From Jimgerdemannia flammicorona (lineage: Eukaryota), in NCBI GenBank assembly GCA_003990765.1, contig RBNJ01000067.1, positions 1-44,433 on the forward strand: a stretch of 44,433 bases of DNA, read 5' to 3'. The notes under the pieces were generated by a model. The model made no database searches. It saw only the letters and a list, made by a program, of their open reading frames with translations, and was not told where the DNA came from. The position numbers were made by a program, and so were the translations under genes. Below are positions 23,956 to 37,540 of the stretch, piece by piece; within the stretch, counting starts at the first letter, position 1, and the number at the start of each line of letters is the position of its first letter.

Positions 23956-25611
23956 TTAATTTCGTACACGCCTTTGAGAAGGCGTTGCACAGATAGCTTT
24001 CTTAATCCGCTTTTCCAATTCCTCCATCAACCCGGCCTCCGCCAACCCCTCCTCGATTAAGGCATCCCTCCATCGGATCATTGGTATCTTTTTCATATGT
24101 GGGATCTTTCCCAGAGTATTCCACGCCCACTTCAAAAGTTCAAGATCTCGCGCCATCGCTGCTTGTTGAAAAGCCCGCTTGGTCAATCTCAACGCCCGCC
24201 TCTCCTCGCGCTCCCTCAAGAATGTATCGAGCAGCCTGACGACCTCGATGACGCTCCGGATCTCCTTGCGATGACACAGGTAGTATTGTACTAACTCCGT
24301 TGAAATGTGGGTGGCGTCAATCGCCTCAACGACTTTGGGGTAACGGTCGATACAAACCAGAAGCGCGTTGACGTCGTTGTTCCGGATTGCGACGTAGACA
24401 ATTGCAGGTGTCGGCTGGTACTCTGGGAGGACACGCACGACGTAGTCTAGCACACCGAAGTCGGAGCCGCGGATAGCCTCGTTGATGGCGTTCAAAAGGT
24501 TTTGGCGGCTCCCTGAACTCCCGAAAAGCCTGTCGTTCAGCATCACCCTGATGGCCTCTTCGTCATCATCACCCATGCCATGCACGCTCCTGTCTGCGTC
24601 GCCATGCATTTCATACACACTCAACATGCCCCACCAGCCGATTCTCGGCAACCACGTCTCTCGACACTCGACGCACATGTCGTCCGGAAAAATGCCCAGA
24701 GACTGCATGGGTTGAGGTGATGCAAGGCCCCAATAAGGCCAGTGCTCGTGGTACCCGATAGGTGCCTCCCCGTCGAGGAAGTCGATAATATCCTCGTCCC
24801 AAGTCTTGAATCTCACGCCGCGCGCGTGCAGGTATTCAAGTGCAGCAGGCCATCTACGAAAGAGGGCGAGTCGCAGGATAATGTCTGGCTGGTCCTCCAT
24901 CTCGTTTAACCGGGCGTGCTCGTAAATATATTGAACGAGCTCGAGCCTCCTGCAATTCCCGAGCATGTTCCAGTCGAGGAAGGCTGGGCGATTCAAGCGC
25001 GCGAGGTTGGATTGCTGCAGCCACTCGAGTACATCAAACCGGGCTGCGCGGGTCGCCCAGGAGCGGATCTTGCTAAAGCATAGCATGTGTTGAGCAAAAC
25101 CGGCTGGCGAAAGCTTACGCTCCCTCGCAACATCAAAGAGCGTGTACAGGTACTTGAATACTATAAGGTTGTGCTTCGCGACATTCCAGCAGCTGTATTC
25201 GAGTTTCTGGAGGTCCGAATGGGCGCGGCGTGACGATAGAAGGTGGCGGAAGAGGGGGAGGTCACCAGTCCCTGCAGCTTGCTCTAGGGCTGTTGTTACG
25301 CGGCAAGGGTAGAAATGGATACTTCTAAGAGGCGGGATCTTGATGGCGAAGGCGAAGAGCCCGGCGGCCGAAGCGTGGTCGCGACTAGTGAAAGAGAAGA
25401 TGTATTCCACGAGCTCGGGAGAAAAGGTGGAGAAGAGTTGGACCATAAAGTCGACTCGTTCAGTGGGTGGTGTGGGGCCCATGGGACGAGGTGTGTGAGG
25501 GACGAGATGTGGGGATGGGACGAAGTGTGGGGGGTGGGTGAGATGGGACGGTGGGGTGGGATGGGACGAAGTGTGAGATGGGACTAGGGATGGGATGGGA
25601 CACGCCACCAT
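23956..25611 (-). CDS. Hypothetical protein with an F-box-like motif and divergent ankyrin-like repeats (551 aa; the start may be a downstream Met)
   Basis: Long CpG-rich intronless ORF. FSPELVEYIFSF; repeats AAGTGDLPLFRHL, AARFDVLEWL, LELVQYIYE, AIRGSDFGVLDYV, AAMARDLELLKWAW. Confidence 0.75.
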   Translation of the reverse strand: MVACPIPSLVPSHTSSHPTPPSHLTHPPHFVPSPHLVPHTPRPMGPTPPTERVDFMVQLFSTFSPELVEYIFSFTSRDHASAAGLFAFAIKIPPLRSIHFYPCRVTTALEQAAGTGDLPLFRHLLSSRRAHSDLQKLEYSCWNVAKHNLIVFKYLYTLFDVARERKLSPAGFAQHMLCFSKIRSWATRAARFDVLEWLQQSNLARLNRPAFLDWNMLGNCRRLELVQYIYEHARLNEMEDQPDIILRLALFRRWPAALEYLHARGVRFKTWDEDIIDFLDGEAPIGYHEHWPYWGLASPQPMQSLGIFPDDMCVECRETWLPRIGWWGMLSVYEMHGDADRSVHGMGDDDEEAIRVMLNDRLFGSSGSRQNLLNAINEAIRGSDFGVLDYVVRVLPEYQPTPAIVYVAIRNNDVNALLVCIDRYPKVVEAIDATHISTELVQYYLCHRKEIRSVIEVVRLLDTFLREREERRALRLTKRAFQQAAMARDLELLKWAWNTLGKIPHMKKIPMIRWRDALIEEGLAEAGLMEELEKRIKKAICATPSQRRVRN

Positions 25612-28043
25612 TTATCATGTGCAATAGCAACTGCGCCACTCTCGACCTACAGTAAATGACGCCTCACGCACCCTCTTACTCACTCTCAACCATCTATTCA
25701 CTCCACATAATCAATTGTGGACAAAAATTACACGGTCGTCATAGCGATATTTATTAAGGCTTAAAAAAAAAAAAAAAATGGCCCTTGCTACGACCTGCCC
25801 GATTGAGAACTAAAATTGCAAAGGTCGTCAACAAGCTTGAATGCATATGTAACCAATGTTACCATCTACATTTGCCATAGTTCATATTACTGATGTTGAG
25901 AGCGCCACAAATCGCCCCTTACCGAAATAGAAACGCCACTTGGTTCTCATTATGTATTAGATGACGTAGAGTGACTGGAATCGATCTAAATTTAACATCA
26001 CGCTATCTACCCATTGGCGGAAAAAGAAGAAATTTTACAAGTCATTGTATGGAAAAATTAATTTGAGAACCAAAAAAAAAAAAAATGCGCGCAGATCCGG
26101 CGTTCCGCAACTGCGTCATAATTCAGATGGCCGTGTTAGATACGTGTTTATGCCAATATCTGTGTTGTATACAATGTGATGGCTCATACGAAAACATTGA
26201 TGCCATCCGAGTTTCCTCGTTATGACTATAAATACTATTTTAGCATCGGAGTAAATTACGTATTTGCAGTCCACAAGTCACTTACGGGTGCAACGTGTAT
26301 TATTCTGTTAAAAGTCCGCTTGGCTAAACCCTTTAAATGCGAATAGATGGACGTGGTTTGAGCTTGGACGAAGCTCCGATGGTGTAGTAAAAATTCACGT
26401 TATTTACCAACCAGTACGGTCATCGTATGCATACACCACCAAATTTCGTGTTTGGCGAGCCCGCATTCGCCATAACCGTTTTCTTTTACTCGGTATATGC
26501 AACCCGTAGGCATTCTCGGCCACCCGCTCCAATATCAACTGCAGATATAACGCGCACGAACGGATTCTCCGAAATTGGGGATTGCCCCCGATATATTCAA
26601 TCCCGCTCTGCCGCGGGCTCGACAAGGACCACACTGATGCGGGGAACTGCATAAATGCTACGATCGTCTTTCGTTTGGCAAAAAGAAATTCTCGTGGAAA
26701 AGGTTTAATTTTCACGCATTGTTTGCGTCTCCCGCCACTCGGCCTCTTTGCCCGAGCGGAGAATAATTCATACGCATGATCTCCATTTTAGATTGCAGTT
26801 GCGGCGGATTTATCTCCTCTCCAGGAGCGAGATCAATCCTTGAGAAGAGGGTTCACGCTAGGTATTGGTTTACGATGAATCGAACCAAGTAGATCTGTCA
26901 AAACAGTTCGATGGGATGGCGACGAGGTGGAGAAAATACAGATCTACGCGCCCATAGCTACTCGAATCCAAAACAACAAAGTTTTCCAAAAATTGGACTT
27001 GGACGAAGAAAGGGACCAAGAAGCACAGCCCTGCTTGTCCCACCATCCTCGTCATATCTCGTCCTGCCTGTTCTGCGGGCGGATTTCATAGATAGGAGAT
27101 CCGCTGCCGGAGCCGAGCTGGCGATTCCGTCCGCGGAACTTTTTCGACTTAAATATGTAGCGGTGGCTGTATAGTGACGGTGCAGAGCTGGTAAATGAAT
27201 TGCCGGGCAGGCTGAGACATGATAATTGTTATTCCGTGCCGCGCCGTGGGAATGAGCGTGTCGCAAGTCGCGGAGGCCAAATACGAACTTGTGTAGGGCA
27301 TAAATATAACAAAAATAAATAAAAATAAAAAGAAACAAGATCCGAAATAGAACGCTAAAATATAAGCGATTTTCGAATCAACGAATGCCCTCCTGGCATG
27401 ACCGTCACGCGAAACGTGAGCTGTCAAATGTCCGCTTGACGTTACATGGACACAGGGTCATCCTCACAAAGGCCGTTCCGGGGCCGCGGGGATTTCAGCA
27501 TTATTAAGCCGATCCCTACGTCAGCGGACATAAAAAAAAAGATATCCTTGTAACTAGACCCGTAAATCGACCATTTGCGGAGATAGCTGTACCCTACATC
27601 GGTTCGACAGGAACGCTCGTCTCATGTGTTGAATACGATCCATGGGGTACATTTGTTGTAAGCTTTGGCCAAGCTCTAGACCGATGTTCGGAATGTGAAA
27701 CCGACCAAAGCAGTGGGTTTCGGTTGGTGATACATGCACGACGGCGTTCTCTTTTTTCCTTCGTTTCTCATTTTGGACAGCCGAAATTGATTATCAATAT
27801 CAACAAATGGATGGTTTATAATATGACAAGTGTCAAAGCAGTACGGGGGTATATACGAGTGCGGAAAATGTCAAAGGAAGTACATAAATATCGAAATGAG
27901 TTACAAAGAAAACCGGACATTGCAGAGGATGATTTTGAGTAGGTACAAGCGCATTCTTACAAAAACAGTGATGAGGGGTGACGAATGTTCCACGGAAAGC
28001 ACTGAAGTTGTGAATATCCATTGAAAAACGATAATAAATACAA

Positions 28044-28970
28044 TTACAAAGTGGAGATACTCGGACTCCTCTTGAGAAGGCGTTTGATAGAGTTCCTCTT
28101 CTTCGGACCATGGCCGTTTGGCTCCTGTGTTGGTTCCTGTGTCTTTTCCACGACCTCGGGTGGGAGGAATGTCATTACGCCCTTGAACGAGATTTTGGGA
28201 TCATCCGAATGAATCTTCACCAACATCCGCTGGCCGGGAAAATTCGGGTCGAGAATCTTCTGGTGGTTCCGATACCCGAACACGGTCTCGAGGTGAATCT
28301 GATTGCTCTCGTCGAAGCGCCGCCACTGCCCGCGGTGCTCGAATCGCCACACTGGAAGGAACTGGCGATGGCAGTCGCGGCCGAGGTGGAGAATCTGCGG
28401 CGGATGTGGTGTTTCCGGCGATGTCGACGTGGATGAGGACGAGGGTGCATCGTCCGACACCTTGTGAGACGATCTCGGATCGCAAGTGCAGGCTTCGCGG
28501 AGATGTATTGTGACATATCTTTCAGGGAAGTTGGCGTCGCGGACGGTGATGCCGTTCAACTCTCTGTCGTGAAAGTACTCCTCGAGGAGGTGCTGATTGA
28601 GCTCTTCTAGCTGCATCATTCGACCGTCCGCGGCACCGAAACTCCATACTGGCTCCACGTCGCGGTGGACGCTCATGGCATCTGCTGGTATGTCCGCGAG
28701 CACAGTTTGTTGGCATTCGTCCTCGTACGGGGTGGGTTTGTGGTCCTCGTAATTGAAGTTCTCAGCTAATGTCATGGACGATCGCGAGGCAGGGTGGGCT
28801 CCTGTGGCCGGGTATGCTGATCGGTCTTCCGAATGGCGTGGCGTTTTGAATTTTATGGATTTTGTGTCATCAGCGCCCGAATTCTTTGAGAGGCGGCGGA
28901 AGAACCCCTTCGCCTTGCTCTTGATAGACTTTATGGTATTTACGGTCTTGATACTCGAAGATTTTCCCAT
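28044..28970 (-). CDS. Hypothetical protein (308 aa) with an N-myristoylation-like basic N-terminus and a WWE-like C-terminal domain
   Basis: ATG at 28970 gives MGKSSSIK...KAKGFFRRLSK. VWRFEHRGQWRRFDESNQIHLETVF fits the W-W-E pattern. The upstream TTG extension has non-coding-like composition. Confidence 0.7.
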   Translation of the reverse strand: MGKSSSIKTVNTIKSIKSKAKGFFRRLSKNSGADDTKSIKFKTPRHSEDRSAYPATGAHPASRSSMTLAENFNYEDHKPTPYEDECQQTVLADIPADAMSVHRDVEPVWSFGAADGRMMQLEELNQHLLEEYFHDRELNGITVRDANFPERYVTIHLREACTCDPRSSHKVSDDAPSSSSTSTSPETPHPPQILHLGRDCHRQFLPVWRFEHRGQWRRFDESNQIHLETVFGYRNHQKILDPNFPGQRMLVKIHSDDPKISFKGVMTFLPPEVVEKTQEPTQEPNGHGPKKRNSIKRLLKRSPSISTL

Positions 28971-31900
28971 GGTGAGATGTGATGTTTCTAGTGATCCAAT
29001 TCCGTAAACTATTATTTTCTTTTTGTTAGCGTGCAGAGGTGGAGGAAGAGGAGAGGGTATGATCGGGACACACAAAATTAAGTGAACATTTAAAGATGGC
29101 ATCATAGGAAGAGGGTCCCTAGTGAAGCAGTCATTTTGGGGTCCAGGCACGAAACTGGCTGCGCTTCGCATCATTCTAGGATCCTTGGCGAGGGCTTGGT
29201 CGGAACTCAATGGAAGCCAATCATCTTGGCAAATACTCTATTACATAACACCACTTCCAGCGAGAAACTACACCGTTTCGGGTAATAACTATGCCAACCA
29301 TGTTCTAACGTCTACCTCATGTACGCCCTCACAGACCATTCTGTGCCAGGGCGGAAAACGTGATCCGTCGAAGAGTATCACACACAGGACCGTTTTTGGA
29401 TGACATTCGGAGCGATTCCGTGCAGTCAACGCAGTCTTATCTCGGTTCTTGTTGGTGGGGAGCTTGGTGGTAGTATATCCCTTCTCGACATAACTCGTGG
29501 GGAATTCCCGTTTATATCAATTGTTTTGGCAGGATCGATAAGGGGTTGTTCCAGTGAATGACCATGAGTATACTGCATATAATCTAATCTCTAAAGATAA
29601 ACAGGCAAAAAAATGAGGTGACTGTATTTGCTACAAGTTCGGTAAATATTTCTGAGAGAATGTTACTGATTACATAAAAAGGTGGTTCACGTTTCGAAAC
29701 CCATTGACCAAACTATGTGGACTCATGATTTCATAAATGCGTCTCATTCGTCGGCATTTATCTCCCCATCGTAACCAACCTGACTCAGCATGGTATTAAT
29801 CCGCGCCCCGCTCATTCAGCTCAGCACGCGGCACAAACGTTGGTGCAGATCGTTCCATATAGAACCAACCTCCCTGAAAATCATTCTGGCAGTCGGCCGA
29901 TATTGAACTAATATGGGTGTGCCTCTAATAGTGCTGCGGCCTCGGAGTCAGTGCCGTAGGCTTCGACACCTGAAATTTTGACTCATCTAGCCATCCGAAT
30001 GATCGAGTGGCGGGACTGAAGTCCAGTTTCGGGTAGATCAAGAGAAGGGCCCGTAGGCTGTGTTCATGCGCCCAAAAACCACCCCCCTCGAAATTATCAT
30101 GTGCGATTGTATACGCGAAATGACGACTTCGGTGGGATTTAAGCGGAGAATGAAGTTCTATTGTCGTAATTGTTATTGTGTGAAAAACTTCAAAGCTCCT
30201 TCGCAATCGACGACAATTAGTAATAGGTCACTGAAAGTTGTGTCTATCAATCGAAATGCATCGGGCACGGGATCGACAGCCCGCCCCTCACCCCTGGCTA
30301 AAAAAATTGATAGATAAACAAAGCGAAGCCTGGTCTTCTAGGATCGACGACTTCCGGCCCGCCGACCGAAACCGAGGGTTCAACACAAATCTGTTCTGTT
30401 TAGAAGGTTAACTCCAACCCGGTGCTAAAGTAGACGCCACCTTTGCTAATCGTTTTCATATGTCGATCGACGACCCGAATCCTCCCCGCCCTAAATAATA
30501 TAACGGAGAAACAAACACATGAAACCTGTTGACTTTCCTCAACTATGCCGTCATTTCAGTGTGGCAGAAATGAGATGTCTTTCGTGATGTTGACTTCATT
30601 TCGAACTAGACGTGTAAGAAACCCCTCGCGCAATGCGCGGGAGAATACGAAAGACGTAAAATCCCTAATATTGCGGCTTTTGAAGGCGTCAACTCACTCA
30701 TTGTGTGCAGCTTGGGCACCTGAGGTGATCGTGGCTCATGACAAAAAAGATTCTCGAAAGATTTGAATTAGCGTCGATGAACAGGGTAGGCATTATGTGG
30801 AGCACATTTTACAGCTGTTACATATACGCAATGTCGGCTGGGGAAATTGTGCGCAAGCGAGCCGCATTCCTGAAGACGAATATGGCAGTATTTTATCCAC
30901 GAAGGCTGGTGATTGATGAAGTCCGAGTCAAGCTGTCGCTGTTCGGGTGTATAGCGGGGTACCTTCCGAGGAACGATGAACATAGTGTTTATGTGTGTAA
31001 AATATCTTTGCGTTTGCAATCAACGACGAGTAAAGCCTTGTTGTTGACTGATATAAGACCCTCCCTAACAGGCTTGTAATGCTACACCTTCATCCAATGT
31101 ATATACGCGATGCACGAACTTGAGTGTTGGAGACAGGTGCCATGATCGACCTACGTAATCGCCTTATGCAGGGACTCCGAATTTAGGCACAGGTCCTGTT
31201 CCAACATCGTAGGAGCTGGCGTTACTATTCTTAAATTTATTAATATATTGCGATCATATAGTGAAAATACGTCCAGAGTAATGTAATGACGTCAAAAAGA
31301 CATTTGGATACCAGCGTGTTTCACAAGGCGTTTCGTTGGAAATATCAAAACGTTTATCGAATTTCGTTCGAAATCAAAACGTTATCAATGTGAATAGTGC
31401 GGCTGTCAACATGGTCAAGCACATTGGGTGCTAAGAAATCCATGGAATATCACGGACCACACACAAAACAATAAAGACCTTTACGGCAGCTGCACCTCTC
31501 TCAGGGGTTCATGCACCGATCAGTTTTTATGTACCGATCCCCGCAAATCATGACATTCCAGCTCCGCCCATTGTCCTCTTACCGTCTGTTCCTCAATCAG
31601 TTGTCCAGGACCGGGTGTCAGGTTCGCACAAATCTGCGGGGTCGGACTTTCACCCCTGTGAAATTTCTGTGCCAGCCAGAGGGGACCACGTCGCGTCCGT
31701 GCATGGTGCACGCCTCCCAAAAGGAACGCGGGAACAAGAGAAAACTGCCAGCTGCATGCATATTGTGCAGGAAGCACACATCCCATGAGCAATGATTATG
31801 TAGGGCATAGTGGAAATCCGAAATTCATTAATCGTGTCATTTTGGTCGTAGCCCGTGCTTCTCGTTTGGTGTAATAGCACTTTCATAAGAACTTTTTGAC

Positions 31901-33253
31901 AATCATCATGTATATACAGGCGCTAATTTTATGAACGAAGCACACGTGCTTGATCAAACAAAATCGGCGCTAGCAAGTCAAACAGGAAAAAAACATAAAT
32001 CGGCCAAAGGGCAGCCCCAAAATGTTAAGGTACAAGGGGGAACACGCGATACCAAAGAAGTGTTGGTGAATACACGGATTGATACCTTCTCGGAATAATG
32101 CCACAACGCGTTTACTTGTTATCAACGTTTGTATGGCCCCTGATGCAATTGGCATGACCGCCGATCCTAACCACTTTGTACAGGGGTTAGGCGCGCCCCG
32201 CGCGCCCAACGTCGTTCTTGTTGCACTGTCGTTGAAGGTGATGATCTGGGCGTGTGAATGGGGAGATCGACTGCGCTCTACGTCATTTTGTGACGACGGC
32301 TGGATCGTAAGGTTTTTTACGAATCCCTCAGTGCTCGCCGTTGCTTCTGAAATGGACAGGCGATCTCCATTTTCAGTCATGTCCCCCCATTTTTCGAACC
32401 CTCGCAACTGGGGGATATCTAACGTTCCATTTATTGCTTGAGAATTCTCTCGTTTATCAATCAAGACACTTCCACGATTCTCTTGTACTCTCTGAGGCTC
32501 TCTTTAGGCGAGAATACTTGGCGAGTGCCACAAAATATTTCGTGGCGTTGGTTACTCGAAGAGTTGCCAAGAATTCGCTGGAAAGAACTTTCCGTACTAT
32601 ATTCATGATTAGGTTGGATTATAATATTCTACATTATTTATTTTCGTTACAATTCTCTTGGCCTCACTTGACGTCTTGAACATTCAAGATTAAACCCGTG
32701 CGTCAATTGGATCTTGTATCATCCTCGGAGAACATATGTAACTTTGAAATTGAAATATATATTTTATCCAAGGTCGTTTTAAATTCTAATATAATCGATA
32801 TATGGAGATCATTTGGTATTCTACTACATTTTGTTGCTTTTGAGGAAACAAGAATGTGAGACGCGCAGGGCAATTAGGTACCATAATTTCATGGCAATTG
32901 TGTATTGTAATTTTTAATCGTGGACAGGCTCCTCGAAGTTTAGCGGCACGATAAGCTTGTAAATTGGTCGTTCAACAACCGATGCCCGTCCCAAAAATAA
33001 AATAAAAATAAAATACGCTTATCTCAATTTGCAGCTCGGGGTTCACAGAGGGAGTGTTGGCATCACGTGAAGAGTTTTTACACCCGCGACTTTTCCAACG
33101 TGGCTCAGCTGACTCACGAATCACCTGTGTTGCTGATACCCTTCTTCTATCGCCTCTTCATTCACGCATTAACTTTTGTAATTCACTACTGTTCTCTCGA
33201 CTACATAACCTGGGTTGTCTGTATGGTCGTTATGTGGCTTATTCTTTCTTTTT

Positions 33254-33421
33254 CCAAGCTACACGTCCGCCCGGCCAAGCTACACGTCCGCCCATCCAAG
33301 CTACACGTCCGCCCATCCAAGCTATACGTCCGCCCATCCAAGCTATACGTCCGCCCATCCAAGCTACACGTCCGCCCATCCAAGCTACACGTCCGCCTAT
33401 CCAAGCTACACGTCTGCCCAT
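33254..33421. repeat. Minisatellite, 8 x 21 bp (CCAAGCTACACGTCCGCCCAT)
   Basis: Eight head-to-tail units with no spacers; this explains the overlapping repetitive ORFs in several frames. Confidence 0.97.
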
Positions 33422-35361
33422 CCATCCCACCCACTCCGTGTCCCACCTCGCCCTCATCCCTCTCCTTCGTGATGCTGGACCGCCACCATTCCACCTGGAT
33501 CGTCTCCCGTCTGCAATGTCTCAAGCAGCATCGGGTTCGTGTGCAATAGAGAATTTGGGAGACAGGATGGAAGAGGTCCGTGGCGAGGACCTTTGACGTT
33601 GCGGGTGAGGGATTGGTTGTTTGGAGCGAGCAAGTGTAGGCGCGATGAATTGTTATTGTTTGGGCCTCACCATTAGTACAGTACTAATTTGTCACGACAT
33701 CGCCATCTGCCTATTGATAACAACCATTCCCTCTCAGAAAGTTCGCATGTGCTTCGACCGAACGAAACCCACCTATTATTCGTGGAATATGTCCAAAGAG
33801 GCGGGGCTCCGACATCAAGAACTTTAGGAGGTAGGGGGATGTGTCTGTGATTCGCAATGGCAAGAGTGCCATATGCCAGCTGGTTTAAGGTGAGTATAGC
33901 GGTTTGGCGATCGTCAGGGACGTGTGTTATGAGATAAAACGGGAGGAGTTGGCAAAAACCTGACCGGAGATGCAGAACTTGGCCTGGGTGGCTGATCGTT
34001 CGCAAAAGAAGTGTATCGCGGCCTGTCAAAAGGTCTCTGTCGTGCCTGGCGGGATGCTCAGTGTGGAGTTTCATATATTCCATATCGTTATGCTCGTCCC
34101 ACTCTCTTTGATCACCAACGTATATTTACAATGTACTGCCCACAATAAACATCCGATTGTTTTCAACCTGCAAGAGATTTCTCTCAAGTTCACGAGGCAA
34201 GGGTTAGGGCGTGTATATAAAGGTATCAGCTCTATCTCAATATATAACGTTATAGGTATACGGAATTTGTATAAATGTTATTCTAGACGTTTCTGGAATT
34301 GAATATCTTACTATACTTAAATAAAAAGGTGATTCTGAGGCAATTATTGATTGCGGCGAGTTTGGTACATGGAGGAAGGGGTTGCAACATACACAGCTAA
34401 ACTTCAAATTTTCCTAAAGCATATTAACTCGTGGCTGAATACATTTCTGTGTTGCTCCTCTCAAATTCTCCAGAAAGCAACTGTAATAATAATAATAATT
34501 ACTGAAGATAGGTGTGTGCATTGATATAAAAGACTCACTATATCCGGGTACTGAAAACTGGGGATGCGGCTGGATATGCAATTGATTTTATTTTATTTTA
34601 TTTTATTTTTTGCTGGGATCAAGGAGTTCTAATTTGTTATTGATATTGGCCATCTCATTACTCTGACCTAGTAATATATATTTGGAAGTATACTACTCAG
34701 CCACTATTTATATTTACATATATTTTTTATAATATTCATGTGATTTTATCATTTCACTGAACAAACTCACTTTAAACAACCTCAAGGTTTGGGTCAGAGC
34801 CTGATATTATAGTCCATGAGATTACCAATATTAATAATCCAACTTTCATATTACTTTTAGTAGATTTTAATTTTGACTTATATTGAAGGTTTAGACCCAT
34901 CTCTATAGAAGTAATCTGGACCTATTCAGTCAAGGTCATGTTCTGCTTCAGAGGTTTGGCTAAGGTACATGTCCTCTTGTTACTAATGATATTATCTAAG
35001 AATGAGCAGAAATGAGTAAATATATATAGATAGTAATCTTGATTCTATCATTCAACTATATATAATATTTACAAAGTTCTAACATATCAAAAAAATTCAG
35101 CTCAGTTAAAGTAGTGTTCTGCTTCAGATATTTAATTAGAGCATATATCTTTATTAATTACTATCTCCAAAAACTAGTTAATATTTGAATAAGAGTAGTG
35201 AAAATCAATATAACTATTATAGACAAAAATACAAATAACAATCTGATAATAATAATAATAATAATAATAATTCTTTTAGTATAAATATATATTTGTTCTC
35301 ATATATATCTTTTTTACTTACAATCATAAAAAAAATTATAGGTTGATATAAGATATATATT

Positions 35362-35393
<32 letters not shown>

Positions 35394-37336
35394 TTTTATA
35401 GTTACTCAGACTTCTCTTTATTATCATGCAATCTAAATTAAAAATACATTTGTACCCACAACTCCTCAACTGATGCCCCTTAGATCTCTCTCTCTACTCT
35501 CCATCTCTCTCTGTTAGAGTACAACTCAGCCACCTGCTATCTGTATTCTCTCTCTACTCTTTCTGCAAATACAATTTATCAGACTCTGCTAGCTCTTCCC
35601 ACCTAGTTCCCACCCTCTCTACCAACTATTCAAAATATCAATTATTAATCATTCCCAACATGCTACCTTAGCCCCAACCTCAACTCTCTGGCCCCCTTCA
35701 AAGATATGAAGCCAATGTCTGGCCAGCCCAACCCAAATTACCAGAGCTCATTCCAAGGTCAACTACTTATCCCCAATCTCACCCACTAATCTTTAGCAGA
35801 GATCTCCCCACCTCTTCCCTTCTCCCCCCACCAGGGGCTATAGTTCTAACTAGTTCACAATATGGTACCAAAACTCTCCCAAAACTTTGCACTCTCTTAG
35901 CCAATGTTCAGGTATTTGTATCACTCCCCTCTCCTGGTCAATATCTATACATTTCTCACAATCAAATATACCATCTACCACCAAGTGCTCTGATTAATAG
36001 TTCAGCATCACATTCTACCTCAGAAACCTCCACCATACTATCCAGACCTTGGGGGAAAGCCACTACATCATCTGCTTACTCCACAGCCAAATACTATTCC
36101 AGTTCTACTTCTTGCTAATCCTCACTCTTTGCCATGCTTCAGGCCATAAGTCCTCCCTCAGTTCCTATATATATTCTATTCTATTGTCAAGCTAGAAATC
36201 CTCTACCAATACATCTCCCAGCAGTAGTCTGTCCCATCTCTACATCTGTAGTCCCTAGTCCTTCTCTCTCTCATCACTCTGCTATTAAAGGCCAATCCTC
36301 CTCACACTATCCACCACTCCCTATCAAAAACCTGTATAATACATTCTCCTGCTCTCATCCAGAGCCACTATTGCAAACAGATTACTAGTCACTCTATATG
36401 AGAAATACCAGACTTTCCACACTCTCTGCATTAGTGATATCCACTCTCTATCCCTCAACTTGCTTGCTCTCTTCAACCACCATGCTCTCAGGCAATGAAG
36501 GTACTTGGTTAAGTCTACTAAGCCCAGCCTACCTCTATCAACAGATAGAGTCAGAACCTTTCAGCCTATCTGACTTTGCCAGTCAGTCCAAATTTATGAT
36601 CTTACTATTTTTAAAAGTTATCTGACCACCCATACTGAGAAGTCCAGATGATACTCCTTATATTATAGCTTTGACATCTAATACACATTCAGCACCATCA
36701 CTCTTCTTGCCAAGGAAATATGTTGACCACCCCATCTCAAGAGAACATTCTCTCATACTAATATATAGCTGTTCCCACCAAACATAGGGCAGCAGAGACC
36801 CATATATCAAAAAGTATATCCCCAAGTACCAGACTGGTTCTCCTGCTAGAACTACTATACCAATCACATCACTGTCAACTAATCTACTGCCTAACACTAG
36901 AGTCTCACATTTGTGCTAGTTGCATCAAGCATCTGAGTCCCTCTTATACCATTCCACTGTTCTTCTCAATTCCTTAATATTCTCCAATGAATCTAGTCTA
37001 GCCACTATATTATCTGCAAAAGCCCCAATCTTCCAGTTAATCTCCAAAATGTCCAAACCCCAATTTAATACTGGATCCTGTCTAATAGGAGCTCTAAGGA
37101 GAGGGTATAAAGGATGGGTGATAAAGGATCCCCTTATGGCACCCCATGACCTAGTAGAAAAGTCACTCTCCTGTACCCATTCACTACTAATGCTATCTGA
37201 CTATTCTTTAATAGACTGATTAATGACCTCCAGAACTCTGGGGAAACTCCTACACATTTCAATACTCTCTTCAGCCAGACTCTCCTCACTCTATCATATG
37301 CCTTCTTCTGATCCAGAAACACTAATCATCCATTAA

Positions 37337-37540
37337 CCCCAGCTGCCTGAGCACCTTCAATCACCTCATAGACTCAGGCAGTTCCATCTCAGATTAACTG
37401 ATCACTTACAAATCCCCTCTGCTCTATTCTCAGTACCTCCCCAGCTGCCTGAGCACCTTCAATCACCTCATAGACTCAGGCAGTTCCATCTCAGATTAAC
37501 TGATCACTTACAAATCTCCTCTGCTCCATTCTCAGTACCT
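37337..37540. repeat. 102-bp tandem duplication inside the RT region of LINE C
   Basis: 37337-37438 and 37439-37540 differ at two C/T positions; the region is single-copy in LINE B. Confidence 0.93.

Noticed and set aside
28971-29210. N-terminal extension of the 388-aa ORF
   Set aside because: TTG start, intron-like signals (gctaac...tag on the minus strand near 29010-29030) and a better ATG at 28970.
33254-33421. CRISPR array or repeat-protein CDS
   Set aside because: Units are contiguous with no unique spacers and there are no cas genes. The ORFs in several frames arise from a stop-free 21-mer.
34900-35170. Degenerate direct repeat (gttctgcttcaga at ~34940 and ~35116)
   Set aside because: Too decayed to assign to an element class.
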